A DNA stretch of 64,000 bases from an uncultured Rickettsiales bacterium (GCA_903828265.1 CAIKLL010000009.1:19877-83876), one strand, 5' to 3'. Counted from the first letter of the stretch, positions 9,860 through 20,463 are shown. Numbers and translations: made by a program. Notes: generated by a model not told the origin, from the sequence alone.

Positions 9860-10330
9860 AAAAGGTTCTGGATTCTTAAGCATATAAATCATAGCCTCAA
9901 ATTTTATCAAAAAAATGAAGCATGTCTTCGCCCCAATTTAAATCGGTGTACTCTATTTTACCGTAATATAATTAATCATCAAATATAAATTTAAAAACAG
10001 AAACTTAGCTAGGAAAAACTCTCTTATTATTTTTATCTGGTGTAATTGTCTATTTAGACCTTCTATTGCTTTAGGTTTATAAATTACCCGTTTAATGTTC
10101 TCCGGATATTATAAAACACTACCAGTTTTCCTGATTATCCTGCTTTTCCATGAATTCAGCAGGCGAAATACCTTTACCCTTAAGATTAAAAACAGATAAG
10201 GTGCTCAGGGTTTCATTTTCGGTAATTGAGTCTATACTAACTTTAAATCCGCGCTCTCTCTTGCTACCTTTATATCTTACGTATCCTAAGCCGTTTCAAA
10301 TTTAACTCGATTGTTTAATAAAAACCTCTT
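9860..10330 (-). mobile_element. IS256/Mutator-family transposase relic (multiple stops, internal deletion)
   Basis: Minus-strand translation gives YPENIKRVIYKPKAIEGLNRQLHQIKIIR (compare IS256 F-P-x-x-I-R-x-x-IYTTNAIESLN-x-x-x-RK), upstream ENETLSTLSVFNLKGKGISP (compare ES-x-x-W-x-x-x-L-x-x-LK-x-RG) and a downstream STPI..G......FLIKFE tail. Frames are broken and about 150 codons between the motifs are missing. Boundaries approximate. Confidence 0.5.
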
Positions 10331-10549
10331 ATCCTGCCTTACTTTAACCATAAAAACATCAGAATAATTAATTTATATAGCTTTAGTTGCATCTGGTAAA
10401 AGTCTATTAACACAAATATAAAGCTTAGTAAGGTCTATATATGAATTAGTCTCCTTTGGATTTAATTATATAGAATTTGAGATATGCTTATTATAAATTC
10501 TTCGGTTAAATTGGGTTAAAAATAGAACTTACCGTTCTATACCAGATCT

Positions 10550-11029
10550 TCACTCATCTGGATATATACCCCATAGGAGTTTTTTTATAATCCATCCTTT
10601 ATAAGACTTACATCTTACTTGGCACCAATCACCTTTACATTTTATCAAGTTACACCGAATCTTAGGTTTTAGCTGAACTACTACGTCATCATAACGACCA
10701 GGTAAAGCGATTAGAGGGGTAATATTTTTTGCTATTAATACGACCGATCTTTTGGCTGATAAAGCACTTGCGTGAACCCACCCTCCTTCTCCATTTATGT
10801 CCCGTACTTTCCTCCATTGCTCATATTCGGCTATTATCTCTACCGGCTCTCCTTTCCGAATAAATACCCATTCAATGGGACAGTCTATAACCGGTCCGGT
10901 TCTTACGTTTACTTCGTCAAATTTAATTGTTACAAACCTTGGAATTGGCAATTTTTCCTGGGAAATATCAGCAAGAACTAAAGGACTAATATTTACATAC
11001 AAGATTAAATAAGCAAATATCTTATTCAT
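10550..11029 (-). CDS. SH3b-domain exported protein (DUF1058/COG3807-like)
   Basis: Signal peptide MNKIFAYLILYVNISPLVLA, then LPIPRFVTIKFDEVNVRTGP...GWVHASAL and a second ...CKGDWCQVRCKSYKGWI SH3-like unit. Start moved to ATG 11029. Confidence 0.7.
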   Translation of the reverse strand: MNKIFAYLILYVNISPLVLADISQEKLPIPRFVTIKFDEVNVRTGPVIDCPIEWVFIRKGEPVEIIAEYEQWRKVRDINGEGGWVHASALSAKRSVVLIAKNITPLIALPGRYDDVVVQLKPKIRCNLIKCKGDWCQVRCKSYKGWIIKKLLWGIYPDE

Positions 11030-12755
11030 CTTCTTCAGATTCAAGTAAAGTATCATCCTGTTTAACTACCACGTAACTTCCGGCCCTAAATTGACTTTTT
11101 ATTCGATTAATTTCATACTCACTGATACCTACCGATTTCAGTACAGCCCCTCCTAGTTGTAAACCCGTTTCATAATCTTGAGGAATAATTGTCGTTACTC
11201 CAATATCATAAAATTCTGTACAATTCTTCAAATCTTTTAATCTGACAATTACTTCAAGATCAGGAAAGTGATTCTTAATGACCCTAGCCGTTTTTTTGAT
11301 AGTAATTGAATTGTTCATTGTTAATACAATAGTTAATGCTCTATCGGCACCAACCGCTTTCAAGTTACTTATTTGTGATACATCCCCAGTAAAGACCGGT
11401 AAACCGTTACCTATTTCTTCTGCAACGACTTCACCATTCACATCCAATGCTATATAATTTATTCCTTCTGCTTCAAGGACTTTGGCTACCATCTTTCCTA
11501 CTTTACCGAATCCTGCAACAATAACATGATTTGCTAGATCTCGTGCGCCATATTCAATAATTTGTTCGGGAGTTCTTCCAAGTCCTTTCTCTATTTTTTC
11601 AGCAAATCTTTGTCCTATCATCGCAAGTAAAGGGGTGAGTGCCATTGAACAAGCGACAACAAGTAGTAAAATATTTGCCACATTTTCCTCTAGAACCCCA
11701 TACTCTTTACCAAGGTTGAATAAAATAAACGAAAATTCTCCTCCTTGCGAAAGCAACAAACCGGCATGGATGGCTACCCCTTTATTGAAACCGAATAATA
11801 CACATAATCCGGAAATAATAATTGCTTTTAAAAGAATTAAAGCTAAACAAAAAGTGATTATTGTTGAGATTTGAGAGTATATCTCCATTACATCAATCTT
11901 CATCCCTACACTCATAAAGAATAAACCCAGAAATAAGCTTTTAAAAGGGTAAATACTTTCATGTGCTTTAACTCTAAATTCGGTTTCAGCGACAAGAACT
12001 CCGGCTACAAATGCTCCAAGAGCAAGAGATAGGCCAAAATGCTCAGTTTCCCACGAAGCTGAAAGAACTACTAACAAAGTTACAGCAATCGGTAATTCGC
12101 TGCTTTCACTACCCGATTCGGAAGATATAAAAGAAAACAAAGGTCTAAGTAACAACCTGCCGGCAATAAATATAACCGCTAGAGCAACAATAGCTTTTAA
12201 GAGTGAATAACCAAGCACGGTTACCAAGGGCTCTTCACCATTACCCCCCAGAATAGGTACGATAACAAGTAATGGTACAACAACAAAATCTTGTAACAGT
12301 AAAATAGCGAGAGAAACCCTACCTATTTGCATAGATTGGCTTTTTGTCTCGTTGATTACTTGCATTACTATGGCAGTTGAAGATAATGCAAGACCCCCCG
12401 CAATTATTATTGCAGAATCATTATCTCCTGTTATTAGAACTATAGAACCAGCAATAAGAAGGAAGGTAATAAACACTTGCAAAGAACCAAGTCCAAAAAC
12501 ATATCGCCTCATAGCTTTGAGCCTTTCTATAGAAAGCTCAAGTCCAATAGCAAATAATAAAAATACAACTCCTAATTCAGCAAGTAAAGTAGTTTGCTCA
12601 TAAGCAACAATTTTCATTCCATGATCTCCTATCATGGCTCCGGCAACTAAATAACCAAGTACGGGGCTTAGGTTTAATTTTTTGAAAATAGCAACCACAA
12701 ACACTGCAGCTGCGATTAACATAATAATTACGACTAAGATCTGGCTCTGCATCAA
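11022..12755 (-). CDS. kefB: CPA2 K+/H+ antiporter with C-terminal RCK/TrkA-N domain (KefB/KefC-like)
   Basis: About 12-13 TM Na_H-exchanger-type domain followed by a Rossmann motif HVIVAGFGKVGKMVAKVL. 577 aa. Confidence 0.8.
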   Translation of the reverse strand: MMQSQILVVIIMLIAAAVFVVAIFKKLNLSPVLGYLVAGAMIGDHGMKIVAYEQTTLLAELGVVFLLFAIGLELSIERLKAMRRYVFGLGSLQVFITFLLIAGSIVLITGDNDSAIIIAGGLALSSTAIVMQVINETKSQSMQIGRVSLAILLLQDFVVVPLLVIVPILGGNGEEPLVTVLGYSLLKAIVALAVIFIAGRLLLRPLFSFISSESGSESSELPIAVTLLVVLSASWETEHFGLSLALGAFVAGVLVAETEFRVKAHESIYPFKSLFLGLFFMSVGMKIDVMEIYSQISTIITFCLALILLKAIIISGLCVLFGFNKGVAIHAGLLLSQGGEFSFILFNLGKEYGVLEENVANILLLVVACSMALTPLLAMIGQRFAEKIEKGLGRTPEQIIEYGARDLANHVIVAGFGKVGKMVAKVLEAEGINYIALDVNGEVVAEEIGNGLPVFTGDVSQISNLKAVGADRALTIVLTMNNSITIKKTARVIKNHFPDLEVIVRLKDLKNCTEFYDIGVTTIIPQDYETGLQLGGAVLKSVGISEYEINRIKSQFRAGSYVVVKQDDTLLESEEDE

Positions 12756-12811
12756 GTTTTCTAATTTTTAATTTATTTTATATTCTTATACCTTTAAACT
12801 ATATTATCTTC

Positions 12812-13144
12812 TCATTTTTTAGGGTTCCATAAATCTTCCAGTTTAAATTTTTCCCTAGTTTCAGGATGGAAAATATGAACAATAACGTCTCCTGCATCCA
12901 GCAAAATCCAATCTGAATTTTTAAGTCCTTCAGCAGAAGCCGGCCATTGCGCATTATGTTTTAATTCATACACTATATGCTCTGCGATTGCTGTTATATT
13001 TTTGGTAGATCTACCGCTAGCAAAAATCATATATGTAGCCAGCGGCACTTCATTTCCAAGTTTAAGTACGGTAATATTTTGGGCATTTTTGTCTTCTAAT
13101 ATTTTGACAATAAAATCCTTCAGCTCTTTTGGGGTATCAATCAT
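12812..13144 (-). CDS. rsfS: ribosomal silencing factor RsfS (iojap)
   Basis: ATYMIFASGRSTKNITAIAEHI...WILLDAGDVIVHIFHPETREKFKLEDLW matches the RsfS/DUF143 pattern. 110 aa. Confidence 0.85.
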   Translation of the reverse strand: MIDTPKELKDFIVKILEDKNAQNITVLKLGNEVPLATYMIFASGRSTKNITAIAEHIVYELKHNAQWPASAEGLKNSDWILLDAGDVIVHIFHPETREKFKLEDLWNPKK

Positions 13145-13418
13145 TAGCCTTTATTTATTAATAATTATTTAATTTAAGGGAATAAAATAATATAGCTCTT
13201 CCCTTCGTGAATTATTATATTATTAGTTTGGGATTTCGCAAGAAATGGTTTGGATTTTCTAATACATATTAGAACATTACCTTACCAATCAGTCAAATAA
13301 GCTAAAAACAATTTTACCAAGTAATGGTATGTTTTAAAACATTTAAAGATTGCAAATTAGAAAGTTTTTTTGTAGTCTCTCCATTATGTTACTTCTAAAA
13401 TAACAAAATATTTTACTT

Positions 13419-13649
13419 ATGGCTATCTCTGAAGAAGAGTTGTTAGCGATACTGCAACAAAAATTTCCTAATGCAAAAATAAAATTAAAAGATTTAGCTG
13501 GAGACAGAGATCATTATTCTTTAGAGATACATGACCCGTCGTTTGAAAATATTCCATTAATTAAACAACATAAATTAGTTAATACCGCTTTATCAGAAGT
13601 ATTACATAACAGGCTACATGCTATAACCATTAAAACCAAACATGATTAG
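13419..13649 (+). CDS. BolA/IbaG-family protein
   Basis: 76 aa with ...GDRDHYSLEIHDPSFENIPLIKQHKLVNTAL...RLHAITIKT, the BolA fold pattern (H...F.g.s...rHr.V...L...iHA). Confidence 0.7.
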   Translation: MAISEEELLAILQQKFPNAKIKLKDLAGDRDHYSLEIHDPSFENIPLIKQHKLVNTALSEVLHNRLHAITIKTKHD

Positions 13650-13668
13650 AAAATAAAGTGTTTCCATA

Positions 13669-14181
13669 TCAATGGGGTTTACTAAAATACATTAATAATC
13701 TATTGCGAACTTCCTCAGCTGCATTTTCTGCTAAATCCGATATAGACTCTTGTCTTATAACAGAATTGGAATATAGCGAAAAATTAGTACTATAAGAACT
13801 CATTTTAGAGAAAGTACCGTAAGTTAAGACTTTTAGGTTTTTTTTGTCAATTAATTGATATTTAACCTTAATATTTTGTGTTTCCCGAAGAATATCGGAA
13901 TTACTCTGTATGACATTATAAGAGCTAGTAAAGGCCAATGTTGTATTCAATAAATAGAGGCTCTCCTTTGCTGACGGGAAAATGCTTTTTAGATGATTAT
14001 AAAAATTTACTCCTTCAATAGTGGCAATAGGGGTGATTTCAACAAATGCAAGAAAATTCTCATTATACGCTTTAACTTTATAAGCAGGCCTGAAACCACA
14101 TGAAATTTGTAGAAAAAATACAAGCATAAAAAAGAATGTCTTGATATTTTTTGCTGCATATAAAGTAGTATGTATTCTCAT
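13669..14181 (-). CDS. lptE: probable LPS-assembly lipoprotein LptE
   Basis: Signal/lipobox-like FFLQISCGFRPAY (LptE proteins typically start the mature chain CGF-x-LR), about 150-aa beta-rich body. Weak, motif-level call. Confidence 0.45.
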   Translation of the reverse strand: MRIHTTLYAAKNIKTFFFMLVFFLQISCGFRPAYKVKAYNENFLAFVEITPIATIEGVNFYNHLKSIFPSAKESLYLLNTTLAFTSSYNVIQSNSDILRETQNIKVKYQLIDKKNLKVLTYGTFSKMSSYSTNFSLYSNSVIRQESISDLAENAAEEVRNRLLMYFSKPH

Positions 14182-14204
14182 ATTATTGTTACTAATATAG
14201 GGTG

Positions 14205-16304
14205 TTATTCTTTATCATTAACAACAATTTTCGACTGATTTTCGTTATTAGAATTTTTATTTCTCGGTAAACTACCTCTTCTTCTGTTAATTCTTTTCCT
14301 AGATTTACTAACATGCTTAGTTCGATCATTAATTAATGATTCTGGTGCAATATCTTCTTGTTGAGCTGCTATTTTTGCAGTTTCAATATCTTTAGCAGTA
14401 GTGTTCTCTACCACTTCAGATTTTGACCTCTCTTCAGAGTACTGGTTTGGCTCTAATAAATCATGTTTCTGAATCTTCTTATTTTTAGGATTTGTTTTTT
14501 TAACTTCTGAAGTTTGAATATATATTTCACTACTATCCTGTAATAAAGGTAGTTTAATTATATTTTCTGATTTATTTTTTTCTGATAATTTAATTTTTTC
14601 TATTGAATAGCTATCAGCTGTGGCCTCTTTATCAATGTAAAAATTAAGCTTTATAGAATATTTTTTTTCAATAAAGGATATTTCTTCCCTTTTGTTGTTG
14701 AGCAGATATAGCATTGATGAGGCAATACCATAAATATTTACAATATCATAATTATTATTGTAAATCTCGTTTTCTATAGTTCTAAGTATTAACATTGAAT
14801 TAGACTCATCAGCCCGTACTATTCCTTTGCCGCTACAGTGCAGACATATATTAGAATTTACCTCTAAAAAAGATGGGCGTAGCCTTTGTCTTGACATCTC
14901 AAGTAAACCAAAACTGCTGATATGTGAAGTCTGTATCCGGGCCTTGTCTTTACTTAGAAACTCTCTTAAAGTTCTTTCAACTATTTTACGGTTTCTAACT
15001 TCTGCCATATCTATAAAATCCAAGACGAGTAATCCCGATAAATCTCTCAGCTTCACTTGTCTTGCTATTTCTCTTGCCGCTTCAAGATTATTTTTTAAAG
15101 CCATTTCTTCAATATTTCGTTCACTTGTGGCTCTACCGGAATTTACATCTATTGAGATTAACGCTTCAGTAGGATTAATAACTATATATCCCCCGGATGG
15201 TAGCTGAACAATCGGTTGGTATAATTTCGCCAATTGATCTTCAACATTAAATTTAGTAAAAATTGGGGTAGTACCTTTGTATTCTTTTATCGAATTTAGA
15301 GCATAAGGCATAATATCTTTTACAAATTTTATACAGATATTAAAAGCTACTGGACCTTGTACTAATACTTCTTTTACATTGCGATCAAACATGTCTCTAA
15401 TAGTCTTTAATATAAGACCGTCTTCTTGATGAATGAATGAAGGAGCATTTGCCTTAAGCGTAGCTTCTCTAATCCTATTCCATAGTTTAACTAGATATTC
15501 GTAGTCTTTCTTGATCTCCAATGAGGTATGACCCACTCCGGCGGTTCTAGCTATAACACTAGAGGTTTCCTTGTTTTTACTAGAAAGTAGGCTATTAATA
15601 ATATCTTTTAACCTTTTTCTTTCGTCCTGATTGGAAATCTTGCGTGAAATACCATTTTGCAGTGGCTTATTAGGCATTAAAACACAATATTTCCCAGCAA
15701 GCGATATGTACGTCGTTAGTGACACCCCTTTATTGCCCCGCTCTTCTTTTGTAACTTGTACTAGAAGAATTTGCCCTTTCTTTATAACTTCTTGAATTTT
15801 ACAAGCTTTTCTTGTATCGCTATGGACATCTTCTTTAGAAAAACTTTCTACTTCATTATCTTCAACTTCTATATCAAAATCTGATTGTATTTTTTCATCA
15901 ACTAATTTTTCTATTTTACTAATATCAATTTCATCGTTATCAACTATAACTTCATTTCCAATATTTTGCTCCTTTGTCTGCATTAAATCTTCAGAAGTAA
16001 TTTCTGGCGGGGATAGTTCATTCCAAGAAGGAGCATCACTTTTTTTATCTCTTGCTAGAATATTATAATAATCGGGATGGATTTCGTTAAAAGGGAGGAA
16101 GCCGCTTTTTTCATCACCATAATCAACAAAAGCAGCTTGCAAAGCAGGCTCTACTCTAGTTACTTTAGCTAAATATATATTCCCTTTAATCTGTTTTTTA
16201 TTAACCGAACTATATTCAACGTCCTCTACATTATTATTCTTATCAAGTAAAACGATTCTCGTCTCTGTAGGAAAATTGGCATCTATTAAAATTCTTTTTT
16301 TCAT
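14205..16304 (-). CDS. rne: ribonuclease E/G family endoribonuclease
   Basis: N-terminal MKKRILIDA...GNIYLAKVTRVEPALQAAFVDYG S1 domain (with an acidic insertion), catalytic region ...ALISIDVNSG..., Zn-link CLHCSGKG, basic/low-complexity C-terminal tail. Confidence 0.85.
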   Translation of the reverse strand: MKKRILIDANFPTETRIVLLDKNNNVEDVEYSSVNKKQIKGNIYLAKVTRVEPALQAAFVDYGDEKSGFLPFNEIHPDYYNILARDKKSDAPSWNELSPPEITSEDLMQTKEQNIGNEVIVDNDEIDISKIEKLVDEKIQSDFDIEVEDNEVESFSKEDVHSDTRKACKIQEVIKKGQILLVQVTKEERGNKGVSLTTYISLAGKYCVLMPNKPLQNGISRKISNQDERKRLKDIINSLLSSKNKETSSVIARTAGVGHTSLEIKKDYEYLVKLWNRIREATLKANAPSFIHQEDGLILKTIRDMFDRNVKEVLVQGPVAFNICIKFVKDIMPYALNSIKEYKGTTPIFTKFNVEDQLAKLYQPIVQLPSGGYIVINPTEALISIDVNSGRATSERNIEEMALKNNLEAAREIARQVKLRDLSGLLVLDFIDMAEVRNRKIVERTLREFLSKDKARIQTSHISSFGLLEMSRQRLRPSFLEVNSNICLHCSGKGIVRADESNSMLILRTIENEIYNNNYDIVNIYGIASSMLYLLNNKREEISFIEKKYSIKLNFYIDKEATADSYSIEKIKLSEKNKSENIIKLPLLQDSSEIYIQTSEVKKTNPKNKKIQKHDLLEPNQYSEERSKSEVVENTTAKDIETAKIAAQQEDIAPESLINDRTKHVSKSRKRINRRRGSLPRNKNSNNENQSKIVVNDKE

Positions 16305-16549
16305 ATCAAAATAATTTTTCTCAATTCTTTACCTGTGTATGCTAAAATGATTTGAATTAATAGCAAACTTGCATCAATTACCCTCAATATACATTTAACT
16401 AGTTGTTAAACGCTTCAGCTTTTTCAATAATTAGTATAATCTTTAGGTTTATTAGATATGGGTCTTTTTAGTTAAACTTAACTTGCTAAATGACCACAGT
16501 CTAAACGAAATTTATATACCACCATCAATATTTTAGCAAATAAATATTT

Positions 16550-17722
16550 ATGAATACAAAGATTAATTATAAGGCACCCATTCCTTATTTTATCTGCATA
16601 ACGGCATATATGTTTGCTGCAATAGTAAATATTCAGGTAGTAGAACAAGTTTTGGTTTTTAAAGAAATTCCCGCGGGTCTTTTAGACAAAATATACTATT
16701 ATGATATATTGGGCTATGTTATAGGAGGTTTAACACTATTTATTTTCAGTAATTATTTTAACCTCCAGAAAATCATAATTTTTAATTTGTTAATTTATGC
16801 TATAAGTGTATACAATGTAGGTTTCTCAACATTTTCTGAGTTATTCCAGAAAATATATCCTATGGTTTATTCTGCTACAAATTCAGTTATTATAACTTCT
16901 TTACTTTACTATATATTTAATGACAAAAAAATAAGCCATAAGTATTCTATAAGTTTCTTTCTTTTTAGTGTTTTTATAGCATACTTTCTAGCACAGATAG
17001 TTTTATATTATATATTTTTAGGAATAGACTCTCCTGACTTGGTTTTAATACGTATACTGGTCATAATAAATATAATACCAATAACCATTTTCTTGTGCAG
17101 TTTTTTACTAAACACTTGTTTTCATCAAACAAAAACCAAATTAGTAAACAGTTTGATAGTGCTAAAAAATATAGATCTAGAACTATTAGCATCTTTTTCT
17201 ATCTTTTATATTATAATGACTGTGCTTTATGGATACGAAACATATAAATTCACTGATAGTTTATTGATGATATCGGTATCTAGCATAAGGTATTACATTT
17301 TTACTGCTATATTATTATTAGCAGTTTTTTTATCAAAATTTGTCTTTGATCATAACCCACATAAAATCAATTTAATTTGTATTACCACTTTACTATTGAT
17401 GTTTGGTTCAATCTCTTTCTGGTCTAACAATATATTTCTCAGTTCAATTTCCTGGTTTTTAATAGCCATATCTTTATATTCATATTTTTGTTCCACTATC
17501 TTGATAATAGCTGAAAAATTTACCGATTTTTACTTACAGTTAGCAATAATATTATACACACTAGCCGGAGCTATAGGGTATTTTTGCAGTTATATGGCCG
17601 CAGAAAATACCGATGTTAATGATGACAGATATAATTTCTTGTTTCCTATTTGTCTTATTCTAGCCACTACATTTCTTTATTACATCTATCGTTATCAGAA
17701 AAATCAGTTAGCAAAATGGTAA
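16550..17722 (+). CDS. polytopic membrane protein, unknown function (about 12 TM)
   Basis: 390 aa, almost entirely hydrophobic helices, no MFS D-R-x-G-R-R-type motif recognised. 10 nt upstream of phaC on the same strand. Confidence 0.5.
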   Translation: MNTKINYKAPIPYFICITAYMFAAIVNIQVVEQVLVFKEIPAGLLDKIYYYDILGYVIGGLTLFIFSNYFNLQKIIIFNLLIYAISVYNVGFSTFSELFQKIYPMVYSATNSVIITSLLYYIFNDKKISHKYSISFFLFSVFIAYFLAQIVLYYIFLGIDSPDLVLIRILVIINIIPITIFLCSFLLNTCFHQTKTKLVNSLIVLKNIDLELLASFSIFYIIMTVLYGYETYKFTDSLLMISVSSIRYYIFTAILLLAVFLSKFVFDHNPHKINLICITTLLLMFGSISFWSNNIFLSSISWFLIAISLYSYFCSTILIIAEKFTDFYLQLAIILYTLAGAIGYFCSYMAAENTDVNDDRYNFLFPICLILATTFLYYIYRYQKNQLAKW

Positions 17723-17732
17723 ACATATAAAA

Positions 17733-19484
17733 ATGTCAAAAATATCTAGTGATGTCGTTATAGAAAATATTAAAAAGGCTAGTATATATTATCAAGAAAT
17801 AATTATGCAACTAGCCCAAAATAAAACTTTACCCCCGGTACCATCTGATTTGTACGATACCGATAAGTCACAGGAAATGGCTAGTAAATTATTTGAGCAA
17901 ATTTTTGAGCATCCTGAAAAGTTTGCTGATATTAACCTGGAATATATACATAATTTACAAAAACTAATTGCTGATTCAGTAGCGAAATTCACAGGAAAAA
18001 AAACAGGTGATCAACAGAATGATCTCCCTTTTTTTGATAAAAGGTTTAGAGACCCCGCTTGGCATCAAAGCATCTATTTTTCTTTCATTAAGAAATACTA
18101 CATGATTTCTGCCGATTGGATAAAAAAAACCGTTGAACAGTATGAATTGGATAATGATGGAAAAAAGTTCTTAGAGTTTATAACTAACCAATTTATTGAT
18201 GCACTTTCCCCTTCAAATTTTGCCTTTAGCAACCCCGAAGTAATAAGAGAATCGTTAGAAAGCGGTATGAGCAATATTGTTAAGGGAATGGAAAATTTCC
18301 TTTTAGATATCAAGAAATCAGGTTCTTTACTAACTATCTCCACCACAGACACGTCTTACTTCAAAATCGGTAAAAATCTTGCTACTACAAAAGGAAAAGT
18401 AATTTTGCAGAATGATTTGATGCAATTAATTTGTTATAAACCTAAAAAAAAGACGCATTCAATTCCTATATTTATACTACCGCCTTGGATTAATAAATAT
18501 TACATACTGGATTTATCTGAAGAAAATTCATTAATTAAATGGTTAGTGGAAAATAATTTCCAGGTTTTCCTTGTATCCTGGGTTAATCCAACAAAAGAAT
18601 TAGCAGATAAAGATTTTGAAGATTATTTGCGCCAAGGAGTAATAGAACCTCTTGAATATATACAAAAGTTAGGTTTTGAAAAAGTTAACGCAGCTGGTTA
18701 TTGTATCGGCGGCACTTTGCTTGCTATAGCTCTATCCTATTATAAGGCCCAAAACATTAATATCATAAATAGTGCAACTTTTCTTACTACTTTAGTCGAT
18801 TTTGCTAATCCTGGTGAGATAGGAGCTCTTATTAACAAATCAACAATTGGGTACATAGAAAATAAGGTATCAGAAGTAGGGTATTTAGACGGAAAATATT
18901 TATCAAACAGTTTCAGCTTAATCCGAGCTAATGACTTAGTATGGTCATATTTCGTAAATAATTATTTACTTGGCAAATCTCCTGTTGCATTTGATATATT
19001 ATATTGGAATTCAGATTCAACCAATTTGCCAGCAAAAATGTATATATATTACCTAAAGAATATGTACATTGACAACTTGCTTATAAGTCCCAATAGCGTA
19101 AAAATGTTAGGAGTAAAAATAAATCTTTCCGATATTGATGTGCCGAGTTTTTCTCTTGCGGCAAAAAGCGATCACATAGCTCTTTGGAAATCAGTTTATG
19201 AAGGCGTAAAACTATTTGGAGGAGATCGGACTTTTTGCCTTACTGAAGCGGGGCATGTAGCCGGGGTTGTAAATCCAGCTACAAGTAATAAGTACTCTCA
19301 TATGATAAGTAATAGTATTTCAGATGATCCGGAGAAATGGTTAGAAAACGCAACAACCCTCAATGGATCATGGTGGAATAGCTGGAATAAGTGGTTATCT
19401 GCTAATAGCGGTAACTTGGTTAAAGCTATTGACTATAATTCTCTTCCTATAATTGAACCTGCTCCCGGAAGTTATGTAAAATAG
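17733..19484 (+). CDS. phaC: poly(3-hydroxyalkanoate) synthase, class I-like
   Basis: 583 aa with PhaC N-terminal domain (FRDPAWHQS...), alpha/beta-hydrolase core with the lipase-box variant AAGYCIGGTLLA (catalytic Cys), and later D and H regions (SDHIALW..., GHVAGVVNP). Confidence 0.85.
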   Translation: MSKISSDVVIENIKKASIYYQEIIMQLAQNKTLPPVPSDLYDTDKSQEMASKLFEQIFEHPEKFADINLEYIHNLQKLIADSVAKFTGKKTGDQQNDLPFFDKRFRDPAWHQSIYFSFIKKYYMISADWIKKTVEQYELDNDGKKFLEFITNQFIDALSPSNFAFSNPEVIRESLESGMSNIVKGMENFLLDIKKSGSLLTISTTDTSYFKIGKNLATTKGKVILQNDLMQLICYKPKKKTHSIPIFILPPWINKYYILDLSEENSLIKWLVENNFQVFLVSWVNPTKELADKDFEDYLRQGVIEPLEYIQKLGFEKVNAAGYCIGGTLLAIALSYYKAQNINIINSATFLTTLVDFANPGEIGALINKSTIGYIENKVSEVGYLDGKYLSNSFSLIRANDLVWSYFVNNYLLGKSPVAFDILYWNSDSTNLPAKMYIYYLKNMYIDNLLISPNSVKMLGVKINLSDIDVPSFSLAAKSDHIALWKSVYEGVKLFGGDRTFCLTEAGHVAGVVNPATSNKYSHMISNSISDDPEKWLENATTLNGSWWNSWNKWLSANSGNLVKAIDYNSLPIIEPAPGSYVK

Positions 19485-19509
19485 TTCAAGCATTCTACGA
19501 TTAGCCCTA

Positions 19510-20304
19510 TTATCTACTGCGATCATTAATAATTTTTACTAATCTTTCTTTAGCGTCAGCTTTCGCACGCTGGCTTGCAAAAGTCTCTTGCTTTTTATCA
19601 TCGGAAATATGGTTTGAAAAAATAATTACTTCCCCGTCTTTTTCGAGCCATCCAATAAACCATCCATGCTGAATTTCAAGTTTTCTTGTTCTATCTGAGC
19701 TTAAGAAGACACCACTGCCAGTTTTGCCATAAAGTTTCCATCCACTGGGCAATTCTTCTACAAATAAAATATTTTTTGTCATTTCATGGGCATGTCTACT
19801 TACAGGTAGTGTATTATTTAACAATTTTCCTAAGAAGGCGATTTGCTCTGTGCTAGAGATTTCCAGAGAACTAGATAACCATGCATTTGTAAGCCCATTA
19901 TTTTTCCCTTTATCACCAGAAAGGTCCATATTACCATAATTAAACCTCGTAACATATGATTGAAAGTTTTGCATTCCAAGCTTTTTTGTCAAAACTTGTG
20001 AATACCAAACACAACTATTTTTCATCCAACTTTTGGGGGTTTGATCTTGTTTCCATACCTCTAAAAAGTCAGGGTAACCTTTTTTAAAAGACCATAACGG
20101 ATGCGTTTCATCAATTAAGATACCAGAATCATAACCTATGAGGCTAAGAGCAATTTTAAAGGTACTACAAGGTGCACACCTTTGATTACAATCTCCTTCT
20201 TGTTGAATAATTTTATCTTTTTCCTTTACAATAAAACATTGCTTGGCAAAGGCAGGGCTTATATAAAAAATAATAAAACATAAAAACAAACCAGCCTTTT
20301 TCAT
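19510..20304 (-). CDS. class D (OXA-type) beta-lactamase
   Basis: Signal peptide, then all class D elements: S-T-F-K (PCSTFKIAL), S-x-V (SCVWYSQ), Y-G-N (FNYGNMD), K-T-G (YGKTGSG) and W-x-x-G (HGWFIGW). Confidence 0.85.
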   Translation of the reverse strand: MKKAGLFLCFIIFYISPAFAKQCFIVKEKDKIIQQEGDCNQRCAPCSTFKIALSLIGYDSGILIDETHPLWSFKKGYPDFLEVWKQDQTPKSWMKNSCVWYSQVLTKKLGMQNFQSYVTRFNYGNMDLSGDKGKNNGLTNAWLSSSLEISSTEQIAFLGKLLNNTLPVSRHAHEMTKNILFVEELPSGWKLYGKTGSGVFLSSDRTRKLEIQHGWFIGWLEKDGEVIIFSNHISDDKKQETFASQRAKADAKERLVKIINDRSR

Positions 20305-20463
20305 AATTTACCTAATTTAAAAAATTTTATCATGTTTAAAATTGGTTACTTTAAATCAATATGATATTAACATGTTACCACAACTCTTTTATAAATCATA
20401 ATGCTACTTCAGTAAGATAGGGATAGTTATTTCCTAGTAATATTTAAGTTAATAAAATTATTA

